From: Camelus dromedarius
Taxonomy: Eukaryota
DNA length: 64,000 nucleotides
Assembly: GCF_036321535.1 (NCBI RefSeq)
Contig: NC_087437.1
Location: 41,852,001-41,916,000, forward strand
Direction of reading: 5' to 3'
Position 1 is the first letter of the stretch; each line of letters begins with the position of its first letter. Position numbers and translations under genes: made by a program. The notes below the pieces were generated by a model. That model searched no databases. It saw nothing but the letters and a program-made list of their open reading frames with translations, and had not been told where the DNA came from. This document shows, piece after piece, positions 26,140 to 38,153 of the stretch.

Positions 26140-26982
26140 CTTGTGCTTTATCAGTGACTTGGATAAGTCATGCTTGTCATACTCATCAATGTCACAAAGC
26201 TGGGAGAGGTTGCTTGATAACAAACTCAATGTCGAGAAAGTACTAGGTAGGCTGGAATGTGAGAATGAAACTTAGAAATAAAATTTAACAAAATTAAATA
26301 GTCAGCATTAATTAAAAATCCATTAAATAAAATCAGTTGTATTCCTGATGGATACCCAGCTTGACAACTTTTCATGGAAGTAGCATGAGTTAATAGGATG
26401 AGGAGCCTGTTAAGAAAATTAGCACAATATTAAACTGTAATGATATAAGCATTTTGTCCAAATTAAAGCAGGAAAGGGTACCACTCCATGGTTGTGTTCT
26501 GATTATGCCTGAAATATTAGGAACAGAATCTGAATACCCAGCTCTCAGAGCTGTTGAACAAGTAGGCCCCCAGAGGCAGTGGAAGAAAAGCATGGAGAAA
26601 GATCTGGAAGCCGTGTAATGAGATGAAGAGTTCATCAAATCAGAGATGTCCATCCAGGAAAAGAGAACAGGTTTCACAGATATGGTCAAGTCGTTGGAAG
26701 GAAGTCATGTGGAAGGTGACTGTTTTTATTTTATCTGCCTCCAGAGGGCAGAAACAGGACCCATGGGGAAAAGTTGCAAGGAGGTGGGTTTCAGAAGACT
26801 TGGTTTAGACCTAGAGTTGTTGATAAAAGGCTGTCTTGGCAAGAAGCATTTTCCCTTTTCCTGCTGGTATTCAGGCTGGGCCTGGGTGCTTAGCTGTCAT
26901 TGACATGGGAGAAAAGATTCTGCTTAGGGAAGGAGAGCAGGCTGAAAACCTTGAGGTCTCTATCAACCCTGTGATTTTATGA
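26140..26982 (+). mobile_element. L3/CR1 LINE remnant (RT region and 3' end)
   Basis: 'tttatcagtgacttggat...cacaaagctgggagagg...ggtaggctggaa...aaatttaac' mirrors CR1 RT motifs (INDLD, DTKLG, RLE, KFN); the 3' end reads 'accttgaggtctctatcaaccctgtgattttatga'. Confidence 0.65.
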
Positions 26983-27066
26983 GCCCGGAAAGCCATTCAA
27001 CCTCTACCTGAAGAGTTCTGATAACTGTGGGACAGATACCCTTGTTTGAAATGACTTCTAAAAACT

Positions 27067-27100
27067 TATCTATCTATCTATCTGTCTGTCTGTCTATCTA

Positions 27101-27177
<77 letters not shown>
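27067..27177. repeat. Compound (TCTA)n/(TCTG)n tetranucleotide microsatellite
   Basis: Read directly from the sequence; about 110 bp. Confidence 0.95.
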
Positions 27178-28819
27178 GTACACCTACAATTTGTCTTGCC
27201 TTGAACGATAGTAGGGAAGGTGAAACTACAGCTTTGACTGGTTAAATTGTTTTGGGAAATGTGTTTCACTGCAGTTGCAATACTGCTCTTAGATTTTATT
27301 GACTGAGCTGGCTGTCCTTTAGTTCGTACTCTAGTAAATTCTCAGCACTCTTCAAAATAGGATTAATTGGCTTTTCATAAATGTTCATCAGATATGGCTC
27401 AGGACGTTAGAACAAAAAGTAGATGCAAGGAGTTAATGTCCTCCAAGGTCAAGATTGGGTTTCAAGATTAGAGGTAAGACTGAGCCTGCTGTGACAATCA
27501 GCAACCCCCAGCTACAGGCAGAGGAAGGATACTGAGACCGAGAACCTGACTGGGTCTTCTGGATATTAGGTATTACTAGAAAAAGTTTCGAATTTAAAAA
27601 TTTTGGACTGAGAAGTATTACAGGTTTAATGGTTTGAGAGTTTTCAATGCTAGTTTCAAACTCATGCTTCCCTATATGTTAAAAGTGCATTTCTTTTGTT
27701 ATGATGTAAGTTATGCAAGATCAGGAAGTGTGACTTTCAATCTTTTATTTTTTAATACGACTCAGCCTACATTGCATGGGCGATGGAAGGGTTTACAAGT
27801 CTGTGTATTTTGTCATAGGCCTTAACTTCCAGGCATCTCATTTGGATGTTAATTTTGTACTTGAGCAAGTCCTAAGCTGCTTTTGGAGCGAAGTAATGGC
27901 TATGGTTTTATAACTTAGGACCTAGGGTGGCAGATGACTTGGGTTGTCAACACCAGACAGTAATATTCATTGCCTTAGGTTGAGGCCCTCCTTCCCATTT
28001 GCAGACCCACCATCTGGGCTAAGACTTTATCATCTCCCACATATGTTCAGGGTATGCCTGTCTGACATGAACCTTGTTCTATATCCTGCTGCCAGAATAA
28101 TCAGCTTTGAAATCTCCTTCAATCACTTCATGCCTTTATAACCCAGTGTGATGTCTCATTGTCTTTAATTTAAATCCCTCAACATGTAGTTGGGAGCCTT
28201 CTCAAAAGTCCCATCTTTTTCCTTGAATTTTCCAATTTTCTGTTCTATTAATTCCCTCCAGAAGAGGCATCTTCATTCATTCAATCATTCATTCATTCAA
28301 GGAGGAATCCATATTTATTTACTGAGTATCAGGTGCTTGAGGTTTTTGTTCCTCACAGCAATCTTAGCAGGGAGGCAGTATCACCCTTTAGTAAAGAAAT
28401 GACTCAGGCTCAGAGAACTTTAAAAACTTGCCCAACGTCACTGGCTTTTGTCTGACTATAATTTCCATGCTTTTTCTACTACACCATACTTCCTCTCATT
28501 TTGCAAACATTTATTGGTGTTCTACTCTGTGCCAAAACTGGTGTTAGGTGTTAGGATAAGAAGACAAAAGAAACATTGAGATTATATATATGAACATACA
28601 TTTAAAATTTTAAGGCATCTTAATGATTCTTCTTAATTACAACAAGTTCAGCCTAGTGGAAGAAATTGGCAGAAATAATTCTGTCTCCTGAATTTTTCTT
28701 GCCTACTTTTTTACCTCCTTTGCCAAGCCTGTCTTTCTACATTTGAATTCAAACTTCAAGCCCTCTGAAGTTTGCCCATTTATCTAGTATTTCAGATTCT
28801 TCCACATACTTTAAAATTA

Positions 28820-29940
28820 ATCTATTCAACAAACATTTATAAGGGGGAACTATATTCAAAGAACAATGCTAGGTTGATGCTGGGGATACAAAAATGAACA
28901 GAACCTGGTCAAGTGGAAGAGATGAATAGTGACTTCAGAGCAATGTGAGAAGAGCTGAAAAGAATTATGAGACTGTGGGGCTATGGGGATGGAGGGGGTG
29001 ATTTTAGCTGGAGCTCAAAGATGAGGAAATGATCTTCAGATAACCTAGAGGAAGAAATAAGCTTCAGACAGAGTGAAAGCATATGCAGAGGGAAAGAGGT
29101 GCTTGGAAATCATAGAGTTCAGCTGGGTTGGAGGTCATGGCTCACGGTCAAACCAGAGAAGCTGAGACAGGAGCTGGGGAAACACTGCTGTTTTTTTTTT
29201 TTCTTTTTCTTCTCTTCCAATGCAGACCTATGACCTAGGATTGGACCCATGTTTTAGAAAGATGGCTCCAACAGACTCTTTGAGGACATTTGGGGAAAGA
29301 AGCCAGTTAGAAGGAGGGCCCTGTTTGTCTGGATTCACCATTATCCCCTATATTTCAAAAAAAAGAATAGCAAATTCCAGAAGGAAAGGAGTTATTTCTC
29401 AGTACTCTTATGTACTTTGGGCTTTAATACAGTACTGTGTATAATAACTTTATCTGATAAATGGTTGTTATGTGTTATTTAGGTCAATGAAAGTAATACA
29501 TTGCTTCTGGTCACTACCTAGTGTTGCTTTGTAGCCTAATAATTGAGGCTGAAGGTAATTATTTAAAACACCTGGGAAGCTAAAAAGTGAAGTGGCCTCT
29601 CTGGGATAGCTTCTACTTTCTTGTCTCCTGAATAATTTCAGGGCTGGGATGGGATGCAGTCGGTTAACCATTTTGAGTCTGTACAACAGGATACATTACA
29701 TTTGACTTAATTAATATAAACTCAACAGTTATGTAATAATTCCCCTTGTGGCCTATGCATTGTGCTATGTTTGACAGATACAGAAATACAGATATGAGTA
29801 AGGAACAGTCTCTGTTCTTGTGAGCGCATATTGGGTGCTGAAAGGGGAGACAGACATTTTAACTTTGGTATAATAAAATCTGTTCGTGCTATGTTTACCG
29901 TATGAACAATGTGTTGTGGGAAATAGAGAACGGAGTGACA
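28820..29940 (-). mobile_element. Antisense L2 fragments (about 28820-29130 and 29715-29940)
   Basis: 'ttcaacaaacatttat...gctggggatacaaaaatgaacaga' and 'cattgtgctatg...gagtaaggaacagtctctgttcttgtgagc'. Confidence 0.6.
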
Positions 29941-30319
29941 AAAGAGCTCACAAAGTTGTGAGGATTAAAAAATTGTCAATATATGTGTAAATGAAAAAAT
30001 AGTCTTAGTCTTAGCTCTGTGTATTACTCAGCAAACACTACATTTATATTGGTGTCGATCTTTTGCAGAACATATAGCTCTCACCTTTCAGGAGTTGCTA
30101 GTTCCCCTAAGCCTTAGACTTTTAGTCTGGCTGAACCAAAAAGAGTTTTTGGTTAGTTATGCAGGCCAAAGTGGGGAAAGGAGGATCCCACAGCAACTGC
30201 AAATCTGAGCTTGCGGCGCCGGTTATACTCGGCAGATTACGGCATTGGGCGGGACCCAAATCCCCATGTGGTCTCGACATCATTGACATGGCGGAATCCC
30301 CCATCTAACCCTCCTGGTT

Positions 30320-30480
30320 ATTTGAGCGGCGGCGGCGGACGGAGGAGGCGGAGGAGAGCAGCAGCGGCGGCGGCGGGAGCAGCGAAGGGGCGGCAGGGAG
30401 CCTCAGGGCTGGTGGCTGGGAAGGCGTGGGAGACCCGGTGTGTGGCGCGCCCGGAGCCCCGCGTTTCAGCCCGAGGGAAG
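30320..30480 (+). other. FNDC3B: Non-coding first exon (5' UTR), probably FNDC3B (fibronectin type III domain-containing 3B); TSS approximate
   Basis: Ends at a strong donor AAG|GTAAGG (30480/30481). 'ggcggcggcgggagcagcgaagggg...gggaaggcgtgggagacccggtgtgtggcgcgcccggagccccgcgtttcagcccgagggaag' matches my recollection of the human FNDC3B 5' UTR. Not search-verified, and no coding exon lies in the window. Confidence 0.7.
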
Positions 30481-31264
30481 GTAAGGCGTGCAGGAGCGGG
30501 AGCCTAGAGGGGACCTGGACCCCTCGCCTCCGCCGCCGGGTCCCGGCGCGCTGGAAAGCCCCGGCCGGACGCCGAGTCCGCCAAAGTGCGTGCCTGTCCC
30601 GGAGCGCTCCGGGCTTCCCGAGGAAAACTTGGCGCCAGTGTGCTGGGGCGCCTCGAGCTCGTCTGGGCACCCCGGGATCATGGGGCCCGGGATGGGGTCA
30701 GTCTCCGGTTTGGGGCCGCGTCTTGCTGGGCTTCAGGCCCCCGCCCGTTCCCTTAGCTGGCCAGGACTTGGAGGAGGGAAAGAAACGGGTAGATTCTCCT
30801 TGATGGAAAACAAAACAAAACAAAACAAAAAAACCCTTGGGCAGTGGCTCCCGGGTTCTCCCTCCCCCCTCGTCCTCCTGCAGCCATCCCAGCAGATTTT
30901 GTCCGAGGAATCCGCTCCCCCTCCCGGAATCTCCGAGGCAGGAACGCTGCCCGGGAGGGGGAGGGCGGGTGGAGAGGCCGAGGAATCTTCGACGTGTCAC
31001 TTTCTGAGGCTGTAGATTTCCATATGGTGGAGGGAGGAGGGCGGGCGTGTGAAGTGGGGCTGGAAGTTGGGGCCGCCTCTCCGCGCCAGGCGGGGGGCGG
31101 GCCGGGACCTCCGACCCGGGGATGCTCGCGGGGAGGGTCCTGAGCCCGCGCCGGCCCCCCGCCCGGGCCAGGCCTCTCTGGGACACTCCCCGCCTCGCCG
31201 CTGGCCACCTCCGAGCGCGCCACGTCCTCCCTCCCTGTCCTGCCCCCCAGGCTCCCCCCGGGCT

Positions 31265-31384
31265 GGGGGCGGTAACCGGCGGCCGCGGCCGGACTCGGCG
31301 AGCCAAGCGGTGGAAGCTCGGGCGGGGGAGCGGGGCGCGGCGGGAAGGAGCAGGCGACCCGGTGTGTGGGCCAGCATAGTTCCG
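31265..31384 (+). other. Candidate alternative non-coding first exon (1b)
   Basis: Donor-like CCG|GTCAGT at 31384/31385 followed by G-runs. Shares a 28-nt motif with exon 1a and is preceded by GC boxes. The start coordinate is a guess. Confidence 0.4.
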
Positions 31385-33149
31385 GTCAGTCGGTCACCCC
31401 GAGGGGCGCCCCGGCCGGGGGTGGGGTGGGCGGGCGGAATCCACGTCCTGAGGCGGTCGGGAGGGGCCGTGCGGACCGTCTGGTGCTCGCGGCGGGGCGG
31501 GGGCCGCCGGCGTGGGAAGAGCCTGTCACTCTGGGCGGAAAGTGGGGCCTCGGGCTGTGCCCGCGATCTCTCCCAAAGGTCCGGTCCCGGCGCCCAGTGG
31601 GAGCCCGAGCCCCGGGGCCCGGTGTCCCTGGAGACGGGGCTGGGCCGCCCGGCGGCGCCGTTGGCGGGGAGGCTTCCAGGAGTCCGCGGTTGGGGTTGGA
31701 GCTTTTCGAATCCCAACTCCTACCCTGCTATCCCTGACGAAGGGAAGCAGTGGCATTTTATCCAGACAGTGCCATTTGCGGACTTCCTTGAAAGTTAAAA
31801 CTTTTTATTTTCTTCTCTCTTCAGCCTAGCGTGTTCTTGAAACAAAATTTGGAATTTGGCCGCGATGGGCCAACGCTGGGACCCCAGATCCACGCGTTTC
31901 TCTCTCCATCCCTGTTGCTTTCTAGTCTCCCTCCCCTTCTTCCAGCCAGACTTAATCATATTTTGGAACAGGCGAGGTCTTTTGTTGGGTGGGCACCCCC
32001 TTGATTGCTTGTCTATTTACTTTTTAATGTGCAATTAATTTGATTTGAATTTCCTCCAGTTTCCAGGCCCTGTTAGGGAAAGCTAAGGAAGAGGGAACAC
32101 GCCACTTTTTTTTTTTTTTTTGATGTGGAGAGAGGTGGGGCATTGGGAAAGGGGAGGCATGGTGATTGTGGGCAAAGAGTCAGAGGGAGCAGACAGACCC
32201 GGAAGAAAAGGAATCTGCTCTGGAATAACACTTTTTTTTTTTTTTTTGAGGCTTCAGGCCTTGGGCAAAAATGCACCGCTCTGTTCTGATTTCTACTGCC
32301 TGAGTTGCTCTTCATTCTCAAGTTAAATCTGTGCCTCTGGGGCCCTGGACAACGCCTGGGGAAGAGGCCCGCAGCCCCAGCCAAGAGCAGCCCGTGGCCC
32401 TGGTTTTGTACCTTGAATGGGGGCCCTTGGTTCCCCCTAATTGGAGGCCGCCCTGTTGGAACCATCGTTCAGTAAATTTCCTAGCTCCCGTGGAGCAGCT
32501 GTTAAGGAGGGTAAAGTCTTTGGGCTTGTTTTTGATCCTGCAAGGGGACCTCACCCATGAGGGTATAATTCTCACTTTGTTCGGACACTAGAGGGTCACC
32601 CACAAGCTGGCTGAGAATGAGGAATAGCTGGTAAAAAGAAAAAGTCACTAAAAATGGTACTTAAACTCATACGTGCTTTTAAAGTGTTTGGTTTAAATGC
32701 TTCTAAGAAAAAAATTCTACGGAAAGATAATGTTCATTTAAAAGAGATGTTAAAACTGCAAGGTATCATCATGGAATAGGAGGTTGTAGCTTCTAATTAC
32801 AGTATATACAATTTCAGAAAGATATTCCAGTAACCTTTTAAGACAGACTTTATAAATAGCTCACATCAGACCATGGGCTGTACTGGAGAGCCAGTCTTCT
32901 GGGGTTTCTGGAGGAATGCTTGGGATCAGTTAGGAAGCTAGCTCTTTGAGCCTAGGTACTAGTTTACTCTGTAGGAGTTTGTGCTCCTTTTCCTTAACAG
33001 CTCATTTAACGTGGTGGAATTTGATAGCGTCCTTGGAACCTAAAACCCGAAGAATTTCCCAACTTTACAGTATTAGGAAAAAGAGGCCCAGGGAGGGGAA
33101 GTGACTTGTCAGCACTACTATCATAGATTAAAATCCAATACGGGATTGT

Positions 33150-33560
33150 ATTAATAGCTACTCTTTCTTGGATATCTAATGGGTACTAAGTACTATGTAT
33201 TGTGCTTTTTTATGTATTATCTCATTAAAATTCTAATAGTCTTTCAATTTAGCTGATGTTAAGGACATTTTACAGACAAGGCATTGAGGTTCACAGAAAT
33301 TTAGTGACTTGCAGAAGACCACATAGAATTTTCTTTGAGGGTGGAAATGGTTCTGTATCTGTGCTGTCCAGTGTGGCAACCACTAGGCACGTGTAGCTGT
33401 TGTACCATTTGAAATGTGGCTAGTTTGAGGAACTGTGTTTTAAATTTTATTTACTTTTAATTATTTTAAACTGCTACTCGTGGCTAGTGGTTAGTTACCA
33501 TGTTGGAGAACACAATGTAGACCTTTCTGACTCCCAAATCTATTCCTATTTAACTGGGTC
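33150..33560 (-). mobile_element. Antisense MIR with a MER3 (hAT-Charlie) element at about 33326-33517
   Basis: MIR 'cattttacagacaaggcattgaggttcacagaaatttagtgacttgc'; MER3 'ggaaatggttctgtatctgtgctgtccagtgtggcaaccactag...tttgaaatgtggctag...gtggctagtgg'. Confidence 0.7.
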
Positions 33561-36500
33561 TTACTGCTTTTTAGATCTCGTAGTTCACTTTTCTTTCTTC
33601 CATACTACTAGAAGATGCTTACGTTCAGCTCTTAAGTGAACTCTAAATACTGAATTAGTGATAGCTCAAAAACAAACAAAAAATGTTTTTTTTTTAAATG
33701 CTTGCACGTCATAGTAAAAACTCATAGACACTTTCAGTGACACTTCCTTGTGTGGTTGAAATAATTGCTATAAGGGAATCAGAGCTTATTGGTTATTTTA
33801 GTGTAATAAAAGGTTATAAGGAGGAGGCAGTATGAAGAATCACTATTGGGAAGTTAAAAAAGAAAATGACCCCAACATCCATGCTTACCTCTTCATTGGT
33901 GATTCTTTTTGTCTTTATAAGTGTCAGGTAAATAATACAACCAAACCATCATTCACTTTCCTTTGTGTAGCTGCACAATTAATCTGAAGAATTAAAGTCA
34001 TTGCTTTACTACCAAAGAATAAAATTTAAAACACTAGATTGTCTATGAATTGGGAAGAATATGTTTAAGATTGACACAGACAGCAGGAAAGATTCTTTTG
34101 GTGGCATATGGTCAAATAGTTTTCTGATTAGTGGATTTAATTTAAATCTGTTGCATTTCAGAGTTTATTTGGTAGAAGGAATTTCAACAACTTTGATTTT
34201 TATATGAAATAGTGAAAACTCCAACTCATGTTAAAGTTAAGCATTCATTTATCTGGATTTCATCCATAAACAAACTAACAATACTTTTTTCTTTCCTTTT
34301 TTTTTCCTCTTTGCATGTTGCTTTCAAGAAAAGACAGTGATAAAATAGTCTTTTTATTAGGATTTTTAAAGAGGTGACTTCCAGGTTCCCTATAAATATA
34401 TCTGAATCTGCTGTACATTTCATAGTTACTGTACTGCCCAGGGATAATTGCAGTTCATAATCCTGACCCTAGAGCATTAGACGAACCTAAAAGACCTACA
34501 CTAGTAAATCAGCTTTAAATTGCTCTATATTATTTTAGTGTTCTGTGGATTGCAGGGCCTCTAGCTCTGAAAATTGTAAGTTCAACCGAAAATGAGGCAT
34601 CAGTTAATGAGACTGTTCAGAGAGCTGAAAAACTCTGTTCATACCCATTCCTGACTATTGGGATCATAGTTATTTTCAAAGAACCAACATAAAAACCGTG
34701 TTATAAATAGGAGTATAGTGTTCTTGTGTATGTGACAAACAGAGGAAACATGATTTGACTCGTGTAGTTCTGTTTGTAGGACATCAAGGTACTTAAAACA
34801 AATGAGAGAGAATTTTACAAGATGTTGAAATTATGGGCAAAGATTAGAAATCTTATACACCCTAGTGAGGGTCACATCTGAGTTATCAGTTTGAAATCAG
34901 AGTATCTTTTCAACCTATCTGTGTTTTCACTTTAGAAATCGTGATTACCTCTTACTCACTTTAACGAGGTTAATCCATTCAATGAGAGTTTTTTGTGCTG
35001 AGACGTTGTTTTTAAGTAAACCTTAATTCTATCCTTAACAGCTGTTGGGAATGCACTTAAGTGTTTGAGGAGAAGCTTTATTCCTTAGTTGACTGGGAAT
35101 GCTTTTGAGTATAGGAAAGTGTATTTTTTGCCTTAAAATGCCCACTATGGTATGGTATTAATGTGTTTTAAAAAGGCAGAGACTGAGTTACTGTGGCTAG
35201 ACAGAGGAAGCTTTCTATGGAAGCCAAGCACAGGCTCACTTGAGAGGATGACTTGATGGTTGGTACTTGAACTCTTTGCAAGCTACATCTAGTGAGCGGC
35301 CAGTAGTCACAAGCTCATCCAGAGGGGAATTGTTTGTGGTGCAGGTTTAGTATCAAGGATCGGTATGTAGGTTGGGGTGGGAATTCGGGGGTTGGGAGAT
35401 TTTTAAACCACCAAGTCTAAATCAGATAAGATAGACAATAATGATCAGCCATTATAGGTGGGGAGGTTTCTCAATTTGAAAATGGATCAATCCTCAGATC
35501 TTTTTCTTTTTTGTCCCCAGTTGAGATATGCAAGTTTAACATTCTGAAACACCTGGGTTGTGATTTCCTTGGCTGATGAGATGTCCTTGGCAATACTCAC
35601 TGTCAGTTCAGGCACTGGCTTCTGATGTGTTTTGTTTCTATAATATTAAAACTGCATGTCAGTTTTTAAATAACTGGAGGGAGAAGATTCATTAAAATGG
35701 TATTGAGCCAAAGTTAGCATTTTTTGAGATTCCAGTAAGTATCTGTTTAAAATGTCCCTTGTATTAAATGATTACATTTTAGTTTAAAATGTAATTTTTA
35801 TTTCATTCACTTGTTTATTGACTCAGAAGGCATTTATTGAGTTCTAGACTAGATTCTTTGTTAATAGAATATTCTTTCCTGTTCTGACTTTGCTTTTGGC
35901 AAGTGCAAGGCATTCTTTTGTTTACTTACAGGGGTATTTTGCTCATATTTTTGGAATGTTGTGCAGAGAACTATGTCTACCACCAAACTCCTAGAGCAGG
36001 ATGGTGACAACTTCAATCTTTGCTCCTTTCTGAAATTTGAGAAATGTTAAATTTGAGTCACACACTAGAAAACCTCATGTCTGAGTAAGTGGATGTAAAT
36101 ACTTAAATGTTTAAAATTCAATTTGTATTAGAGTTTAAGGCGTCTGATATATCATTGTTTTGCCTCTGAAAGATAAGATTTTTATAAAGGCAACCAGTCA
36201 GAAAAATTTGCTTAAGCAAAGTTGATACAACACTAACTCATAGTGTTCAATTATGAAAAGCTTTCTGTTGAAATAATTGTCTAGAAAATGATCTTGATAT
36301 GTGAGCAAATGTAGTATGTTTGAGAAATAATGGAAGATTCTAAAATCCCAGGAAATAACATGATTTAATTTATTCTTAAGGGGCTCAGTCAGATTCTACA
36401 CAGCTGGTGAAAGAGGGTCTCTATAAAAATAACTCTCTTGTTCTGGATGTAACTAATTAGGAATTTGCAGTTATCCAGGCAAGTCCAGGATAAAGTTTGG

Positions 36501-37534
36501 CTTCCTATTCTGTATGAAAAGGTATTACTGTAACAAGTTTCAATAGCTCATAAGGGGGAATATTTACCTAATTAGGAGAACAAACCATTTTTAAGCACCT
36601 TGGAAAAAATCAGTTTACTTAAAAGCAATGTGGAACTGCAACATGCGTTCAAGTCAGTTCTAACTGAGCTTTTACTAGAGGTGCAGGAGCCTTTGTAAGT
36701 CTTTGACTGCCATGAAATAAATACGGATTTACTCATTGCTATCACTTAAACTGGGTATAGTTTACCGGCAAAAGTTAGAACTATATTTTTGTATGCAAAA
36801 TAAATCATGAGAATAAGTGAATATCTACCTCCCCTATCTCACCCCACCCCCATTAATAGACTCCAACTGTGCCTATTGTTTTAATGGTTTTCTGTTGGCT
36901 TTTGTTTTGCTGCTTGTCTCTCATAAGCACTTGATGGCACATTGGGGAGAGCAGGTGTTAAAGGTTTAGGAACATCATTATTGCTTTTAGCTACCCATCT
37001 CCATGTGAATTTGGGCAGAGTTGTGGAAAGTTTTGCCAGTGGTATTTAGATAAGCTCATTACACATCCTCTCTTCTGCTTTTACTGAAGTAAGATGTTCC
37101 TGGACAGCTTATTTCCAGGTACTTTGTGAACTGACCCACAAGAAGAGTATATTTCTTTTAAAATATTTCCAGAATATTTACATCCACTTACTCAGATGTG
37201 AGGTTTTCTAGTGTGTGAATTTTTAGGGTTCATATTGACCAGTTTTTACAGTATAAGTTGTAATTTTAGGATTCTTGATATATTCTTAGATACTACTCCT
37301 TTTTCTCTTATATTTTAAAGTCTTTTTTTTTTAAACCCATTTTATGTCTTCTATTGTTTAAGTTGTTTAAGTCATTTAAGAGGAAAATACTAAGTCTTCA
37401 GATATTGCTTCTTCTGACTTTTCTGTTTTGGTTTATCTTATCTCAGGAAAAAGTTTCAATTTAGGTGAATCAGAAAAATACTCAAAAGTATGTTGAATCG
37501 GAACATTATACTGTTTTGCACTTGTGAACATAAA

Positions 37535-38153
37535 AAGCTACAGCTCCTGTGGAAAACAGTTTTGCGGTTTCTCTAAAAATTAAACATAGAATCACCTAGT
37601 CCTTCCATTCCTTGGTATGTACCCAAAATAAATGAAAGCAGGGACGCAAACGGATACTTGTGCACCAGGGTTTATAGCAGCATTATTTACAATATCCCAA
37701 AGGTGGAAACAACCCAAGTGTCCGTTCACAGATGAATGGATAAACAAAATGTGGCCTATACACACGATGGAGTATTATTCTACTATAAAAAGGGATGAAA
37801 TTCTGATACCTGCTACAGCATGGATGAACTTTGAAAACATTATGATGAGTGAAATAAGCTATACACAAAAGGACAAATATTGTATGTTTCCACTTACGTG
37901 AAGTACTGCAAATAGGCGAATTCATAGAGACTGAGTATAATAGGGGTTACCAGGGGCTGGGGCAAGGGGGACAGGAGTTACAGTTTAATGGGTACAGAGT
38001 TTCTGTTTGGGGTGATGAAAAAGTTGGAAATGAATAGTGGTGGTGGTTGTACAGGGTTGTGAATGTGCTTGATACCACTGAATTAGACACTTGTAAATAG
38101 TTAAAGTGGCAAATATTATGTTTATTTTATCACAGTAAAAAATTTAAAAAAAA
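37535..38153 (+). mobile_element. L1MB-type 3' fragment (ORF2 C-terminus plus 3' UTR), sense to the host gene
   Basis: ORF 37632-37901 [37 protein letters not shown]; 3' UTR 'gtttaatgggtacagagtttctgtttggggtgatgaaaaagtt'. Confidence 0.9.

Larger units (their letters stand above)
30205..31900. promoter_or_regulatory. CpG-island promoter
   Basis: Sharp switch to GC/CpG-rich sequence. Reverse CCAAT (ATTGG 30244-30248) overlaps a GC box (GGGCGGG 30247-30253), with a YY1-like ACATGGCGG at 30286-30294 and many further GC boxes. Confidence 0.92.

Noticed and set aside
30122..31829. Many overlapping ORFs of up to 249 aa on both strands in the CpG island
   Set aside because: Arg/Gly/Pro/Ala-rich translations in all frames are expected from stop-codon scarcity in GC-rich DNA. 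They show no recognisable domain, and several cross the exon 1 donor.
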